Part shown: one piece after another, positions 36,388 to 45,425 of the stretch | How the letters are laid out: every line of letters begins with the position of its first letter | How positions within the stretch are numbered: the first letter of the stretch is position 1 | DNA from: Planctomycetota bacterium | GTDB lineage: Bacteria; Planctomycetota; UBA1135; UBA2386 | Length of the DNA stretch: 64,000 nucleotides | Assembly: GCA_046290465.1 (NCBI GenBank) | Contig: JBKAGP010000001.1 | Span: 1,792,001 to 1,856,000, forward strand | Direction: 5' to 3' | Notes under the pieces: model-generated | Databases searched by the model: none | What the model was told of the DNA's origin: nothing | The model's input: the letters and a program-made list of their open reading frames with translations, nothing else | Position numbers and translations under genes: made by a program

Positions 36388-37292
36388 CGGCCGCGCAGGG
36401 CCACCGAGGCGGCCTCGCGCAGGTCCTCGGGCACCTGCTCGAGCATGGCCGCCATCGGCACCTCCCACAGGGTCCAGATCGTCGTGACCCGCGTGTCGGG
36501 ACGGTGGCCGTCCAGCGGGAACGGACGGCGGAACCAGTCGGCGCGCTGCACCGGCGCGATCCGGTCGATGCCGCGATCGGCTGCCGCCGACGCGACCCGG
36601 AAGCCGACGGCCGGAGCGAGCCGGGCGAGCAGCCGTTCGCGCACGTCCGAACGCGTCGCGGCGAGCGCGGCCCGGCTGGTCGCCGCCGGCATTTCGCCGA
36701 ACGTGCGCAGGGCCAACCGCACGTAGCCTTGCCTGGCCGGCGGCGCCGCATACCACGCGGGCGGCGCGTCGAGGCGCTGCCACCGCACGACGTCGCGCAA
36801 CAGGATCCACTCGACCCGGCCCTGCAGCTGCGGGTCGAGCTCGGCCAGCGCCGCTCGGATCGGCAGTTGCCAGCGCAGGTAGGCCGCGCCGACGGTCTGG
36901 CCGGGACCGCGCGCACCGGGGATGCGGCGGGTCGGCTCGGCCGCCGCCTCGACCAGCTGCACGTGGCGCACCAGCACCTCGACGACCGCAGACGCTCGCT
37001 CGTCCCCGAGCACCGGCGTGACGTGTTCGGTGAGCACGCGGCGCACGTCCCGTTCGCCGAGCATGCCCGCGCGGGTCTGCGCCAGCTCCCGGTTCGAGCC
37101 GCGGCGCACCGTCGCGAACGCGAACATGCCCGCCTTGCGCGCGGGTTTCGCCACCCAGCCGGGCTGCTCGTCGCAGCTCCGCCACTGCAACGGCCGGCCA
37201 CCGACGTCAGCGGCCGCGATCGGCTCCTGTTCGGACTGGGCCAGCGCGGGCAGCGCGAGCGCGAGGACGAGCGACGGCGAGAGCAACTTCAT
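36384..37292 (-). CDS. Secreted two-repeat protein, paralog of 37336-38247; expected stop codon reads CAG
   Basis: Signal peptide MKLLSPSLVLALALPALA; aligns by eye with the neighbour through the terminal GR at residue 302. The frame then stays open to 35112. Confidence 0.7.
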
Positions 37293-37335
37293 GGCGGTGC
37301 GGCAACGAGGCGGGCGGGCGCCGGTTCCCTTCGTT

Positions 37336-38247
37336 CTACCGTCCGTGCTGTTCGAGCACCGCACGCACGGCGGGCCGTTCGATCCTCGGCGCCGCCTGCG
37401 CGACCTTCTCGATCGAGATCTCCCAGATCGACCAGCCGACCACGCGCGCACCGAACGGCGCATCGGGGCCAACCTCCTTGGAGAAGGCGCGCCGCACCGG
37501 CACGATGCCGTCGAGGCCGGCGCGGATCGCCGCGTCGGCGCGCTCCTTGCCGAGCATCGGCGCCAGCAGCTCGTAGACCGCTTCGTGCATGGTCGCGCGC
37601 ACGAACGCCCCGGACTTGCTCTGCATGCCCCGGGTGCGGGCGCCGTGCACGACCAACCCCAGCCGGAAGTAGCCCGGCCGCGTCGGCACGTCGTCGACCC
37701 AGCCCGGCCGCTCCTCGACGTACTGCCAGCGCGCGAACGGCCGCAGCAGCAGCCACTCGACCTGGCTGCGCAGCGCGGCCTGCGGGCCTTCGGAGGCCTC
37801 CCGCTCGGCCAGCACGGTCTGCAGTGGGACGGCCCACGCCAGCGCCGCGACCCAGACGCCGTCGACGTCCGGGCTCGGATAGGTGACGAGCTCGACCAGC
37901 TTGCTGCGCTCGCGCAGATCGAGCGCGAGCTTCGTCGCGCGCTGGTCACCGAGCGCGGGCTGCAGGTGTTGATGGAGCAGGTTCTGGATCTCGACCGCGG
38001 CCCGGCCGCGGCCGCGGGACGCGGCGCTCTCGCTGCTCTTGGCGGTCTCGAGGGTGACGTAGACGAAGTGTGCGCGGCGCTGCTCCGGCCGCTCGACCCA
38101 TGCAGGCTTGCGGTCCAGCTCGGTCCACTCGAGCGCCCAGGCCGTCTCGACGTCCTCGAACGCCACCGGCCGCGGGATCCAGCGCTGGGCCGCAACGGAC
38201 AGGCAGGGACCGAGGCACACCAGCGCGGTCACGAGAGCCCTCTTCAT
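37336..38247 (-). CDS. Secreted two-repeat protein of unknown function
   Basis: Signal peptide; two internal repeats starting W....(K/R)P.WV..P. Confidence 0.7.
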   Translation of the reverse strand: MKRALVTALVCLGPCLSVAAQRWIPRPVAFEDVETAWALEWTELDRKPAWVERPEQRRAHFVYVTLETAKSSESAASRGRGRAAVEIQNLLHQHLQPALGDQRATKLALDLRERSKLVELVTYPSPDVDGVWVAALAWAVPLQTVLAEREASEGPQAALRSQVEWLLLRPFARWQYVEERPGWVDDVPTRPGYFRLGLVVHGARTRGMQSKSGAFVRATMHEAVYELLAPMLGKERADAAIRAGLDGIVPVRRAFSKEVGPDAPFGARVVGWSIWEISIEKVAQAAPRIERPAVRAVLEQHGR

Positions 38248-38315
38248 GGCGCCATTCTACGCAAGGCCGCCGGCAAGCCTCCCGGTTGGCGCGCCGACTT
38301 CGCAGAACGGGCCGC

Positions 38316-39950
38316 TCAGAGCCGCTCGAGGCGGCGCGCCGCGGCGATCGTCTCCGGCGTGTGGTCGGCCGCGTCGTAGATCTCGACGAACGTCTCGCAC
38401 TCCTCGGCGTCGACGTAGCGCAGGTCGTCGACCCAGTGCGGCGGGATCGGCTGGTAGTGCACCCAGACCAGCACCGTCGCCTTCGGCAGGCCCTGCGCGT
38501 ACGGCACGACCACCCGCACGGTGTCGCTGCCGCCGACGAAGTCGGCATCGTCGCCGATGCCGACCGGCGCGGTGTCGGCAGCGTGCGGGCCGTCGGCGCG
38601 CCAGCCCTTCGGCAGCAGCCGGTTGTCCTTGCGGCGACGCGCCATCCGGGTCAGCGAAGTGGTCGGCTCCCCGTCCGGATCGTCGGCGACCTGCTCCCAG
38701 ACCAGCACGTCGAACGTCGACTCGATCCGGTCGACGTGCTCGTGTTCGAGCGGGCTGATCACGCCCTCGATCGCCCCATCGCGGTCGAAGCCGCCGCAGT
38801 CGAACACGACGCCCTGCTCGTTCTCGACCCGCACGTGCAGCCACGCGCGCCGCGCCGGATAGCCGGTCGGAAACTTGTGCCCGGTCAGGTTGTCGACGCG
38901 CACCTCGAAGTGCAGTTCGTCGCCGCGGTGCGCGACCTCGCCGATGGTGACGTCCACCGTCGCCGTCGTCAGCTGCCGCCGCGTCGCCTTGGCCATGCGG
39001 CGCAGGTCCTGTGCCGAGGCCTCGACTCCGAGCCGTTCGCGGTGGTCGGCGAGCAGTTCGAGCAGGAACGCGTTGCCGCCGACGAACGCGTGCGCGCGGT
39101 ACGGCCCGCGCGCCGGCAGCAGGAAGTCGCTGCCGTCCGGGTTGCGCGCGATGCGGGTCGGCCCGACGTCGGCCATGTGGCACTGCTGGCAGGTGCGCGA
39201 CGCGCCGGTCGCCCCCTCCTCGTCGCTGAACACGCTGTTGCGCCACTCGAGGTACGGCGTCTGCTCCGGGAAGCGCTCGCCCTGGTGGCGGGTCGACAAC
39301 GTATGGCAGGTGCCGCACAGCGCCGCGTCGCGCAGGTGTTCGCCGTGCATCGCCGCGTAGCCACTCATGCCGCGCATCACGTCGGCCTCGGGGTGTTCGT
39401 AGGGGCCGTAGATCACCCGGCCTCGCCCGATCCGCCCCTTGCCGTCGAAGGTGGTCTCGTCGCCGAGGCTGCGCGCGCGGATCTGGTGGCAGACCGTGCA
39501 CGACACGCCGTCCCGTGCCAGCGGGTCGTCGGCCGCCTGGCGCACCGACAGCGGCTCCTGGCCACCCATCGTGCGCGTGCGCTCGTGCATCGGCGCGTGG
39601 CAGCGCATGCAGAAGCCCTGCAGTTCGCCGGCGCGGTCGGGCTGCTCGGCGCACTCGCGCGCGACCGCGGCCCGCCAGTACGGGTCGCGAAAGCTGTTGG
39701 CCATCACCGTGGCCTGCCACAGCCGGTGCGGCGAGACGTCCTCGCCGAGGCGAGAGCGCATCGCGTTGCTGTTCTCGGCGCCACTGTGGCAACGCGCACA
39801 GCCGTCGGCGGTCGCGAACACCTCGTTGCTGCCGGCCGGCCGCCCCCCGCCCCACGCGGGTCCGGGGCCGAGCGGACGGCGCGGATCCTGGACGAACGCG
39901 GTCGCGCCGCACCAGCTGGCGAGCGCGAGCGCCAGCAGGCGGCGACGCAT
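38316..39950 (-). CDS. Periplasmic pentaheme cytochrome c
   Basis: Five CxxCH motifs (CARCH, CMRCH, CTVCH, CGTCH, CQQCH); GHKFPTG; signal peptide. Confidence 0.9.
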   Translation of the reverse strand: MRRRLLALALASWCGATAFVQDPRRPLGPGPAWGGGRPAGSNEVFATADGCARCHSGAENSNAMRSRLGEDVSPHRLWQATVMANSFRDPYWRAAVARECAEQPDRAGELQGFCMRCHAPMHERTRTMGGQEPLSVRQAADDPLARDGVSCTVCHQIRARSLGDETTFDGKGRIGRGRVIYGPYEHPEADVMRGMSGYAAMHGEHLRDAALCGTCHTLSTRHQGERFPEQTPYLEWRNSVFSDEEGATGASRTCQQCHMADVGPTRIARNPDGSDFLLPARGPYRAHAFVGGNAFLLELLADHRERLGVEASAQDLRRMAKATRRQLTTATVDVTIGEVAHRGDELHFEVRVDNLTGHKFPTGYPARRAWLHVRVENEQGVVFDCGGFDRDGAIEGVISPLEHEHVDRIESTFDVLVWEQVADDPDGEPTTSLTRMARRRKDNRLLPKGWRADGPHAADTAPVGIGDDADFVGGSDTVRVVVPYAQGLPKATVLVWVHYQPIPPHWVDDLRYVDAEECETFVEIYDAADHTPETIAAARRLERL

Positions 39951-39954
39951 GCGA

Positions 39955-40710
39955 TCAGGCCTCGGCTTCGGCCTTCTGCGGCAGCAGTTCGCCGAGGAAC
40001 TGCGGCAGCATCTTGCGCCAGGTCACCCAGTCGTGGCGCCACTCGGTGCCCCACGCGTCGACGCGGTTGGGGATGCCCTTGGGCCCGAGCACGCGCTCGA
40101 CGTTCCAGCTCTGCTGCGGCTCCTCGTAGTCGCCCTGGCCGTGCGCCAGCAGGATGAAGCGCTGCTTGAGCAATTCGAGGTGCTTGCCCTCGAGGTCCGG
40201 CACGAAGTCGAGCGGCGAACTCTCGTAGTAGTCGCGCGTCATCTCGCCATCGAGGAACTTGTTCATGTTGTAGGTGCCGCTCATGCAGATCGCCGTCTGG
40301 AACTTGTCCGGGTGGCGACACAGCACCGACAGCGCGTTGAACGCGCCGATCGACGAACCGGCGGCCCAGATCATGCCGCCGTCGCCACCGCAGTCGCGGT
40401 GGATGGCCGGTACGACCTCGTTGACGATGCACTGGTCGAAGCGGTTCTGCGCGGCGGCAGCCTCGCGCAGCGTGCGGCACTCCTGCAGCCACGCCTGGCC
40501 GGCCAGCGAGTCGACCACGTAGACCTTCAACCGCAGGTCCTTGATGAACTCGCCGATCGCGCTGATCAGGTGGAACCGCTCCGGCTCCTCGGCATCGCCA
40601 CCGGCGGTCGGGAACAGCAGCAGCGGTGTGCCGGACACGCCGTAGCGGCAGAAGGTGATCTCGCGGCCGCCCATCGACGGCGACTTCCAGGTGATCTTGT
40701 GCTTGCTCAC
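39955..40710 (-). CDS. Alpha/beta-hydrolase esterase
   Basis: YGVSGTPLLLFPT, AGSSIGA elbow, MSGTY and HDWVTWRKML motifs. Confidence 0.85.
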   Translation of the reverse strand: MSKHKITWKSPSMGGREITFCRYGVSGTPLLLFPTAGGDAEEPERFHLISAIGEFIKDLRLKVYVVDSLAGQAWLQECRTLREAAAAQNRFDQCIVNEVVPAIHRDCGGDGGMIWAAGSSIGAFNALSVLCRHPDKFQTAICMSGTYNMNKFLDGEMTRDYYESSPLDFVPDLEGKHLELLKQRFILLAHGQGDYEEPQQSWNVERVLGPKGIPNRVDAWGTEWRHDWVTWRKMLPQFLGELLPQKAEAEA

Positions 40711-40737
40711 GACTGCGGAGAGGAGGGGTCGGGTGGA

Positions 40738-41982
40738 TCAGGCGGTGGCCGAGGCCATCTCGTCGACGGACTGCTGCACCAGCGCATGGAAGCGTCCGGT
40801 GAACTCGTCGACCTCGTGCTCGGGGAACAGGTTGGCGACCTTCAGCCGGATCGCCTGCTCGCAGCGCTCGCTGCGGAACCACGCGTAGGCGGCCTCCTCG
40901 AGCGGCTGCAGGTACTTCTTGCAGAAGGCCTCGAAGTCGTCGGTTGCCAGCCGCTCGCGCGCGATCGCGGCGTAGCCGGCGAGCTTCTCGCGGTACGGCA
41001 GGTCCTTGCCGGCGATCGCGTAGTAGGGCTCGAAGTCGAGCGTCTTGCGCATCGGCCGCTGCGTCGCCGCGTTGAACACCGCCCACTTGAGGTTGCTGAT
41101 CACGTACCACGGCCAGTGGTAGTGGATCGAGTTGACCTGGTTGTCCGGGCACGGGTTGGCGAAGTCGATCGGGTAGAACACGCCGTCGCGCCGCAGCATC
41201 TCGCAGCTGTTGAAGTCCCAGCCGAAGAACGTGTTGATCGTCAGGCAGGTGTCCTCGATCAGCTGCCGCGCCTCGTCGTCGACGAAGTCGCGATCGATCC
41301 GGTAGCGCTCGTGCAGCGGCTGGCTCGGGTCGTACTTCATGACGCGCACCTGCGGGCCGATGCCGACCGCGCGCACGAACACGTCGAAGCCCTTGACCGC
41401 TTCCTGCAGGTGCATCAGGTCGGTGCCGCTCGCGTCGTAGGCCTTGGTCAGCCCGTCGGCGTCGTCGACCTTGGTGACGCCGCGCCAGCCGCCGCCGTCG
41501 AACGGCTTGAGGAAGGACGGGTAGCCGAGTTGCTCCCCGATCGGACCGAGGTCGAACAGCTTCGCGTAGTGCTGCAGCGTGTAGTCGAGGTCGCTGAGTT
41601 CGCCGTAGCTCTTCTGCGGCAGCATCACCGTCTTCGGGATCGGCATGCCGAGCACCGTCATCGCGCAGTAGCTCGAGTGCTTCTCGTAGCTCTGCACCGA
41701 CCACGGATTGTTGTAGACGTAGAGGTCGTCCATCAGCACGCCCTTCTTGATCCACTCCCGCTGCAGCGTGAACCAGTGGGTCAGGCGGTCGACGACGACG
41801 TCGTACTTGCAGCCCTGCTCGAGCAGGAACGGCTGCAGGTCGACGCGCTCGCACGCGAAGTCGACGGTCTGCCTGCCGATCTTCAGCTTCAGCTTGCTGT
41901 CGGCGAGGATCTGTTCGAACGCGAGCGGCCAACAGATGTCGGCGCCGAGGGAGAGACCGATGTGACGAGTGACGGCGGGCAT
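40738..41982 (-). CDS. ATP-grasp (RimK/GshB-like) ligase
   Basis: NNPW..EK, GMPIPKTVMLP, GYP.FLKPFDGGGWRGV, LQE and NSCE..YPIDFANPCPD motifs. Confidence 0.88.
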   Translation of the reverse strand: MPAVTRHIGLSLGADICWPLAFEQILADSKLKLKIGRQTVDFACERVDLQPFLLEQGCKYDVVVDRLTHWFTLQREWIKKGVLMDDLYVYNNPWSVQSYEKHSSYCAMTVLGMPIPKTVMLPQKSYGELSDLDYTLQHYAKLFDLGPIGEQLGYPSFLKPFDGGGWRGVTKVDDADGLTKAYDASGTDLMHLQEAVKGFDVFVRAVGIGPQVRVMKYDPSQPLHERYRIDRDFVDDEARQLIEDTCLTINTFFGWDFNSCEMLRRDGVFYPIDFANPCPDNQVNSIHYHWPWYVISNLKWAVFNAATQRPMRKTLDFEPYYAIAGKDLPYREKLAGYAAIARERLATDDFEAFCKKYLQPLEEAAYAWFRSERCEQAIRLKVANLFPEHEVDEFTGRFHALVQQSVDEMASATA

Positions 41983-42001
41983 GGGCTACGGGCCAGAGAC
42001 C

Positions 42002-43135
42002 TTACTCGTAGACGTGCCAGAGCGGGCCAGGGAACAGCCAGGAAAGCCCCTCGCGCAGCCGATCGCGCCAGTTCTCCCAGTTGTGGCCGTCGTTGGCCTC
42101 GCGGAACCGGACCTGCATGCCGGTGTCCTGCATCAGCGGGACCAGCGACCGGTTGTAGTAGATCAGCGACTCGTAGACGCCGCAGCTGACGAACACGTTG
42201 TCGGCCGGCCGGCCGGGCGCCTTGCGGAACTTGTTGACGAACTTGACGACCGGATCGAAGACCGGGCCGCGGTCGTGTTCGCCGATCTCGGTGAACACGA
42301 ACGAGCCGGACTGCAGCAGCAGCTTGCCGAAGAAGCCCGGGTGCTTCCACGCCGTCGACAGCGACGCGACCGCCCCGAACGACGCCCCCATGATCGCGCG
42401 CGCCGACGGCTCGCGGACCAGCGGCAGCAGGTCCTCCATCTGCGGCACCAGATCCTTGACGATGAAGTCGGCGTGGCGGTCGTCGGCCGCGTACTCGTTC
42501 ATCCGGTCCGGCGACTGCGTCATGATCGCGATCAGCGGCGGCAGCTCGAGCCGGTGGATCAGGTTGTCGAGCGTCTCCTGCAGGCTCGCGAACTTCAGGT
42601 AGTCGAAGCCGTCGTGCACGACCAGCAGCGGGTAGCGCCGCGTCTCGCGGAAGCGCGCCGGCCGGTAGACCTGGATCGGGCGCCAGTCGCCGAACGTCGG
42701 GCTGTCGACGTGCCGTTCTTCGATCGTGCCCTTGCGCGCCTCGGGGTCCGCGACGGTCCATTCCGGCGGCTCGTAGCCCTCGCCGTAGACGACCGAGTTG
42801 GCCCCGAACGGATCGCGCGCGGTGTGCGCGTTGAGCGGGTCGCGGACCAGCTTGCCGCGCCCGAACATCATCACGCCGATCTTGTATTCCATGCGCGAAC
42901 CGCGCGGCAGGTCGATCTGCAGCACCCACAGGTCCGACCGCCCCAGGCGCCGGAACGGCAGTTCGCCGGGCAGGCCGTGGATCCAGTGGTGCAGCGACAC
43001 CTCCTGCGCCTCGCCGCGGAACAGGAACGTCACGTTGCGCCCTTCGACGTGCGGGAACTCGAGGTCGCCGAGGATCCTCTCGATCGCCTGCGGACCGCCC
43101 ACCTGCGCCGCTTCGAGCCGTTCTACCAGCGTCAT
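42002..43135 (-). CDS. Fes-like alpha/beta esterase with N-terminal Ig-like domain
   Basis: RMEYK..DPLN N-terminal domain; YPLLVVHDG, MGASFGA, QSGSF and DGHNWENWR motifs. Confidence 0.85.
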   Translation of the reverse strand: MTLVERLEAAQVGGPQAIERILGDLEFPHVEGRNVTFLFRGEAQEVSLHHWIHGLPGELPFRRLGRSDLWVLQIDLPRGSRMEYKIGVMMFGRGKLVRDPLNAHTARDPFGANSVVYGEGYEPPEWTVADPEARKGTIEERHVDSPTFGDWRPIQVYRPARFRETRRYPLLVVHDGFDYLKFASLQETLDNLIHRLELPPLIAIMTQSPDRMNEYAADDRHADFIVKDLVPQMEDLLPLVREPSARAIMGASFGAVASLSTAWKHPGFFGKLLLQSGSFVFTEIGEHDRGPVFDPVVKFVNKFRKAPGRPADNVFVSCGVYESLIYYNRSLVPLMQDTGMQVRFREANDGHNWENWRDRLREGLSWLFPGPLWHVYE

Positions 43136-44070
43136 CGCGCCACCTCCTCGACCTTGCCGTTCTCGCCGAGCCGGCGGCCGGCGGTGTGCGCGTGCCAGCG
43201 ATCGTCGCGGAAGTCCCAGCGCACCCCGTAGTCGAGCAGGCCGCACAGCGCCGGCGCGAACCGGCGCGACAGCAGCTGCACGCGCACCGTGTCGGAGGTC
43301 TGCAGGCGGTGCGTTGCGTGCGGCAGCGCGACGAACCCCGGCAGCAGACCGAAGCCCGCCTCCATCACCTCGGCGTAGGAGCTGCCCTGCGGCGGCGAGT
43401 CGTGGAACAGCACGATGCGTTCGGTCAGCGCCATCGCGCCGGCCGACCACGCGACCACCGGCCGGTCGCCCCAGAGCCGGCACAGCTCGAACAGGCGCAG
43501 CCGGTGCAGCAGCACGCCGATGTGGCCGCCGGCCACCAGCAGGCACGAGACCCCGGCGAGCAGGTCCTCGAGTTCCCGGCGCTCTTTCTGCACGACCGCG
43601 CGCTCTGTGGGGCGCACGCGCTGCTCGAACTCGGCGTGGATCTCGGCGACGCGCGCCATGTGCTGCCGATCGAGGCCGCGCACCAGCTCCCAGGCGTCCT
43701 GTTCCTCGGCGTCGACCCACGGGTCCTCGCCGACGCGCTGCAGCAGTTCGCGGGTCGGCTCCATCAGGCCTTCGAGGCGCAGCCGGTAGAGGTCCTGCAC
43801 GCGGCGCAGCGTCGCGTGCCGTTCGCGCATCGCCTTGAGCAGTTCCTTGTCCTTGTCGAGGATCCGCTCGACCCGCGCCCAGATGCGCAGGTTCTCGACC
43901 GGGCGGCAGACGTGCTCGCGCAGCTCCTCGTCCTCGTCCTCCCGCTCTTCCCAGCCGGCCGTCACCAGCGCCACCGACGCCCGGCGCGACCCGACCAGGT
44001 CGTCGAGCGCCTCGCAGAGGATCGGTTCGCGGCGCTGGGGCCCCAGCACGATCGCAGTCGACAGCTTCAC
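43132..44070 (-). CDS. Peptidase S51 / cyanophycinase-like (class I GATase-like fold) protein with coiled-coil insert
   Basis: VTAGWEERE, VAGGH, AWSAGAM nucleophile elbow and ALPH; ATGA overlap with the next gene. Confidence 0.78.
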   Translation of the reverse strand: MKLSTAIVLGPQRREPILCEALDDLVGSRRASVALVTAGWEEREDEDEELREHVCRPVENLRIWARVERILDKDKELLKAMRERHATLRRVQDLYRLRLEGLMEPTRELLQRVGEDPWVDAEEQDAWELVRGLDRQHMARVAEIHAEFEQRVRPTERAVVQKERRELEDLLAGVSCLLVAGGHIGVLLHRLRLFELCRLWGDRPVVAWSAGAMALTERIVLFHDSPPQGSSYAEVMEAGFGLLPGFVALPHATHRLQTSDTVRVQLLSRRFAPALCGLLDYGVRWDFRDDRWHAHTAGRRLGENGKVEEVAR

Positions 44071-44103
44071 CCCCACAGCCTTACCCCAGCAAGCGACCCG
44101 TTG

Positions 44104-44187
44104 GAAGGTTGCCGTGCGACGCGGTTCATCCTGCAACTTCGCGTTCCGCGAAGTTGGAGGATGAACCGTCGACGTACGGCAACCTTC
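44104..44187. repeat. Long imperfect palindrome (about 40-bp arms, 3-nt loop)
   Basis: GAAGGTTGCCGT..CGGTTCATCCT.CAACTTCGCG-TTC-CGCGAAGTTG.AGGATGAACCG..ACGGCAACCTTC. Confidence 0.9.
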
Positions 44188-44392
44188 AGCCGCCCCAGTG
44201 GGGTGGGCGGGTGTCGTGGGGTTCGAGGTCGTCGTCGTCGCTCTTCTTCTTGAGCTGGTCGAGGAGCAGGCGGACGGTTGCCTGCAGGCTCTCGATCTGC
44301 TTGCGCTGCTCGTGCAGTTCGCCGCTCAGCCCGTCGACGGTGCGTTCGAGCATGGCGATCTTGGATTCGAGTTCGATGCGGTCGGGTTCCAT
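44186..44392 (-). CDS. slyX: SlyX family protein
   Basis: RIELESKIAMLERTVDGLS coiled coil and C-terminal PPHW. Confidence 0.85.
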   Translation of the reverse strand: MEPDRIELESKIAMLERTVDGLSGELHEQRKQIESLQATVRLLLDQLKKKSDDDDLEPHDTRPPHWGG

Positions 44393-44411
44393 GGAACGGC
44401 TGGGCGCGCCC

Positions 44412-45425
44412 TCAGGCGAGGTCGCTGTCGCCGAGCGTGTACCACCAGCGCTCCGCGAGGAACTCCGGCGTGATCTCGGCCTTGCAGATGTTGTGGATCA
44501 GGCGGCGCTGCAGCCAGGTCGACGACGGCGTCTCGACGAAGCCGCGCGCCAGCAGGTGCGCGTGCTCGTGCGACCACGGCGGGAACACCGCCATCAGCCG
44601 CTGCCGGCCCTCGTCGTGCTGGCGCGCGACCGCCCGGGCGAGCAGCGCGTCGGCCGCGTCGGCGTCGGCCTCGGGCACCAGCCAGTCGGCGATCGTGCAG
44701 GCGTCGGGCGCGAGTCCGGAGCCCGGCTTGAGCACCATCAGGCCGCACAGCGCACCGCCTCGCCGCACCGCCCACAGCTCGTAGTCGGCGGCCGCCGGAT
44801 TCTGCACGTAGCGCCAGTCGAGGTAGCGCGCGTCGCGGCGCAGCAGGCACTGCTTGTCGGCGCGCACCTGCGCATACAGCGCCTCGACGTCGGCGGGCAC
44901 GACGTCGACCTTCTCGACGACCAGGCCAGCGGGCGCCTCGAGCGGCCCGGCGTCCCGTTCACGGATCACGAAGTCGATCACGCGCATCATCTCGTACTCG
45001 AGGTAGCGCTTGCCGATCCGGTAGGCGGCGTCGACCGGGAAGCCGTAGAACAGCGCATCGCCGATCTCGCGGCTGTGCGCCCAGAACGGCATGCAGGTCT
45101 CGACGAACAGGCTCTTGGCCTTCAGCCCCTGCCGCCAGTCCGGGTGCGTCATCGAATCGACGCAGTGCACGAACAGCTGTTCGCCCCACGGCGTGTCGTA
45201 GCGCATCGGCATGCCGGCGTACTGCGACGCGACCGTGCCGTCGTCGGCGACCGCGATCGAGATCCGCTGACCGGCCGGGTTGTGCTCGTAGGCCCAGCGC
45301 CACTGCTGCAGCGTGCGGTCGACGTAGTCCGGCCCGCAGACCTCGCGGAACACCAGGTTGAATGTCTTCAGGATCGCCGACTCGTCGCCGGGCCGGTACG
45401 GACGGATCGTCAGACCGTCGCTCAC
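44412..45425 (-). CDS. GNAT family N-acetyltransferase (tandem GNAT)
   Basis: IRPYRPGDE, W.W.Y..NP.G, DSMTHPDWRQG, FYGFP and YLDWRY..NP motifs. Confidence 0.8.
   Translation of the reverse strand: MSDGLTIRPYRPGDESAILKTFNLVFREVCGPDYVDRTLQQWRWAYEHNPAGQRISIAVADDGTVASQYAGMPMRYDTPWGEQLFVHCVDSMTHPDWRQGLKAKSLFVETCMPFWAHSREIGDALFYGFPVDAAYRIGKRYLEYEMMRVIDFVIRERDAGPLEAPAGLVVEKVDVVPADVEALYAQVRADKQCLLRRDARYLDWRYVQNPAAADYELWAVRRGGALCGLMVLKPGSGLAPDACTIADWLVPEADADAADALLARAVARQHDEGRQRLMAVFPPWSHEHAHLLARGFVETPSSTWLQRRLIHNICKAEITPEFLAERWWYTLGDSDLA

Noticed and set aside
39955..44070. Cyanophycin synthesis/degradation (cphA/cphB) locus
   Set aside because: The ATP-grasp protein lacks the size and Mur-ligase domain of CphA; only fold-level similarity of the peptidase remains.
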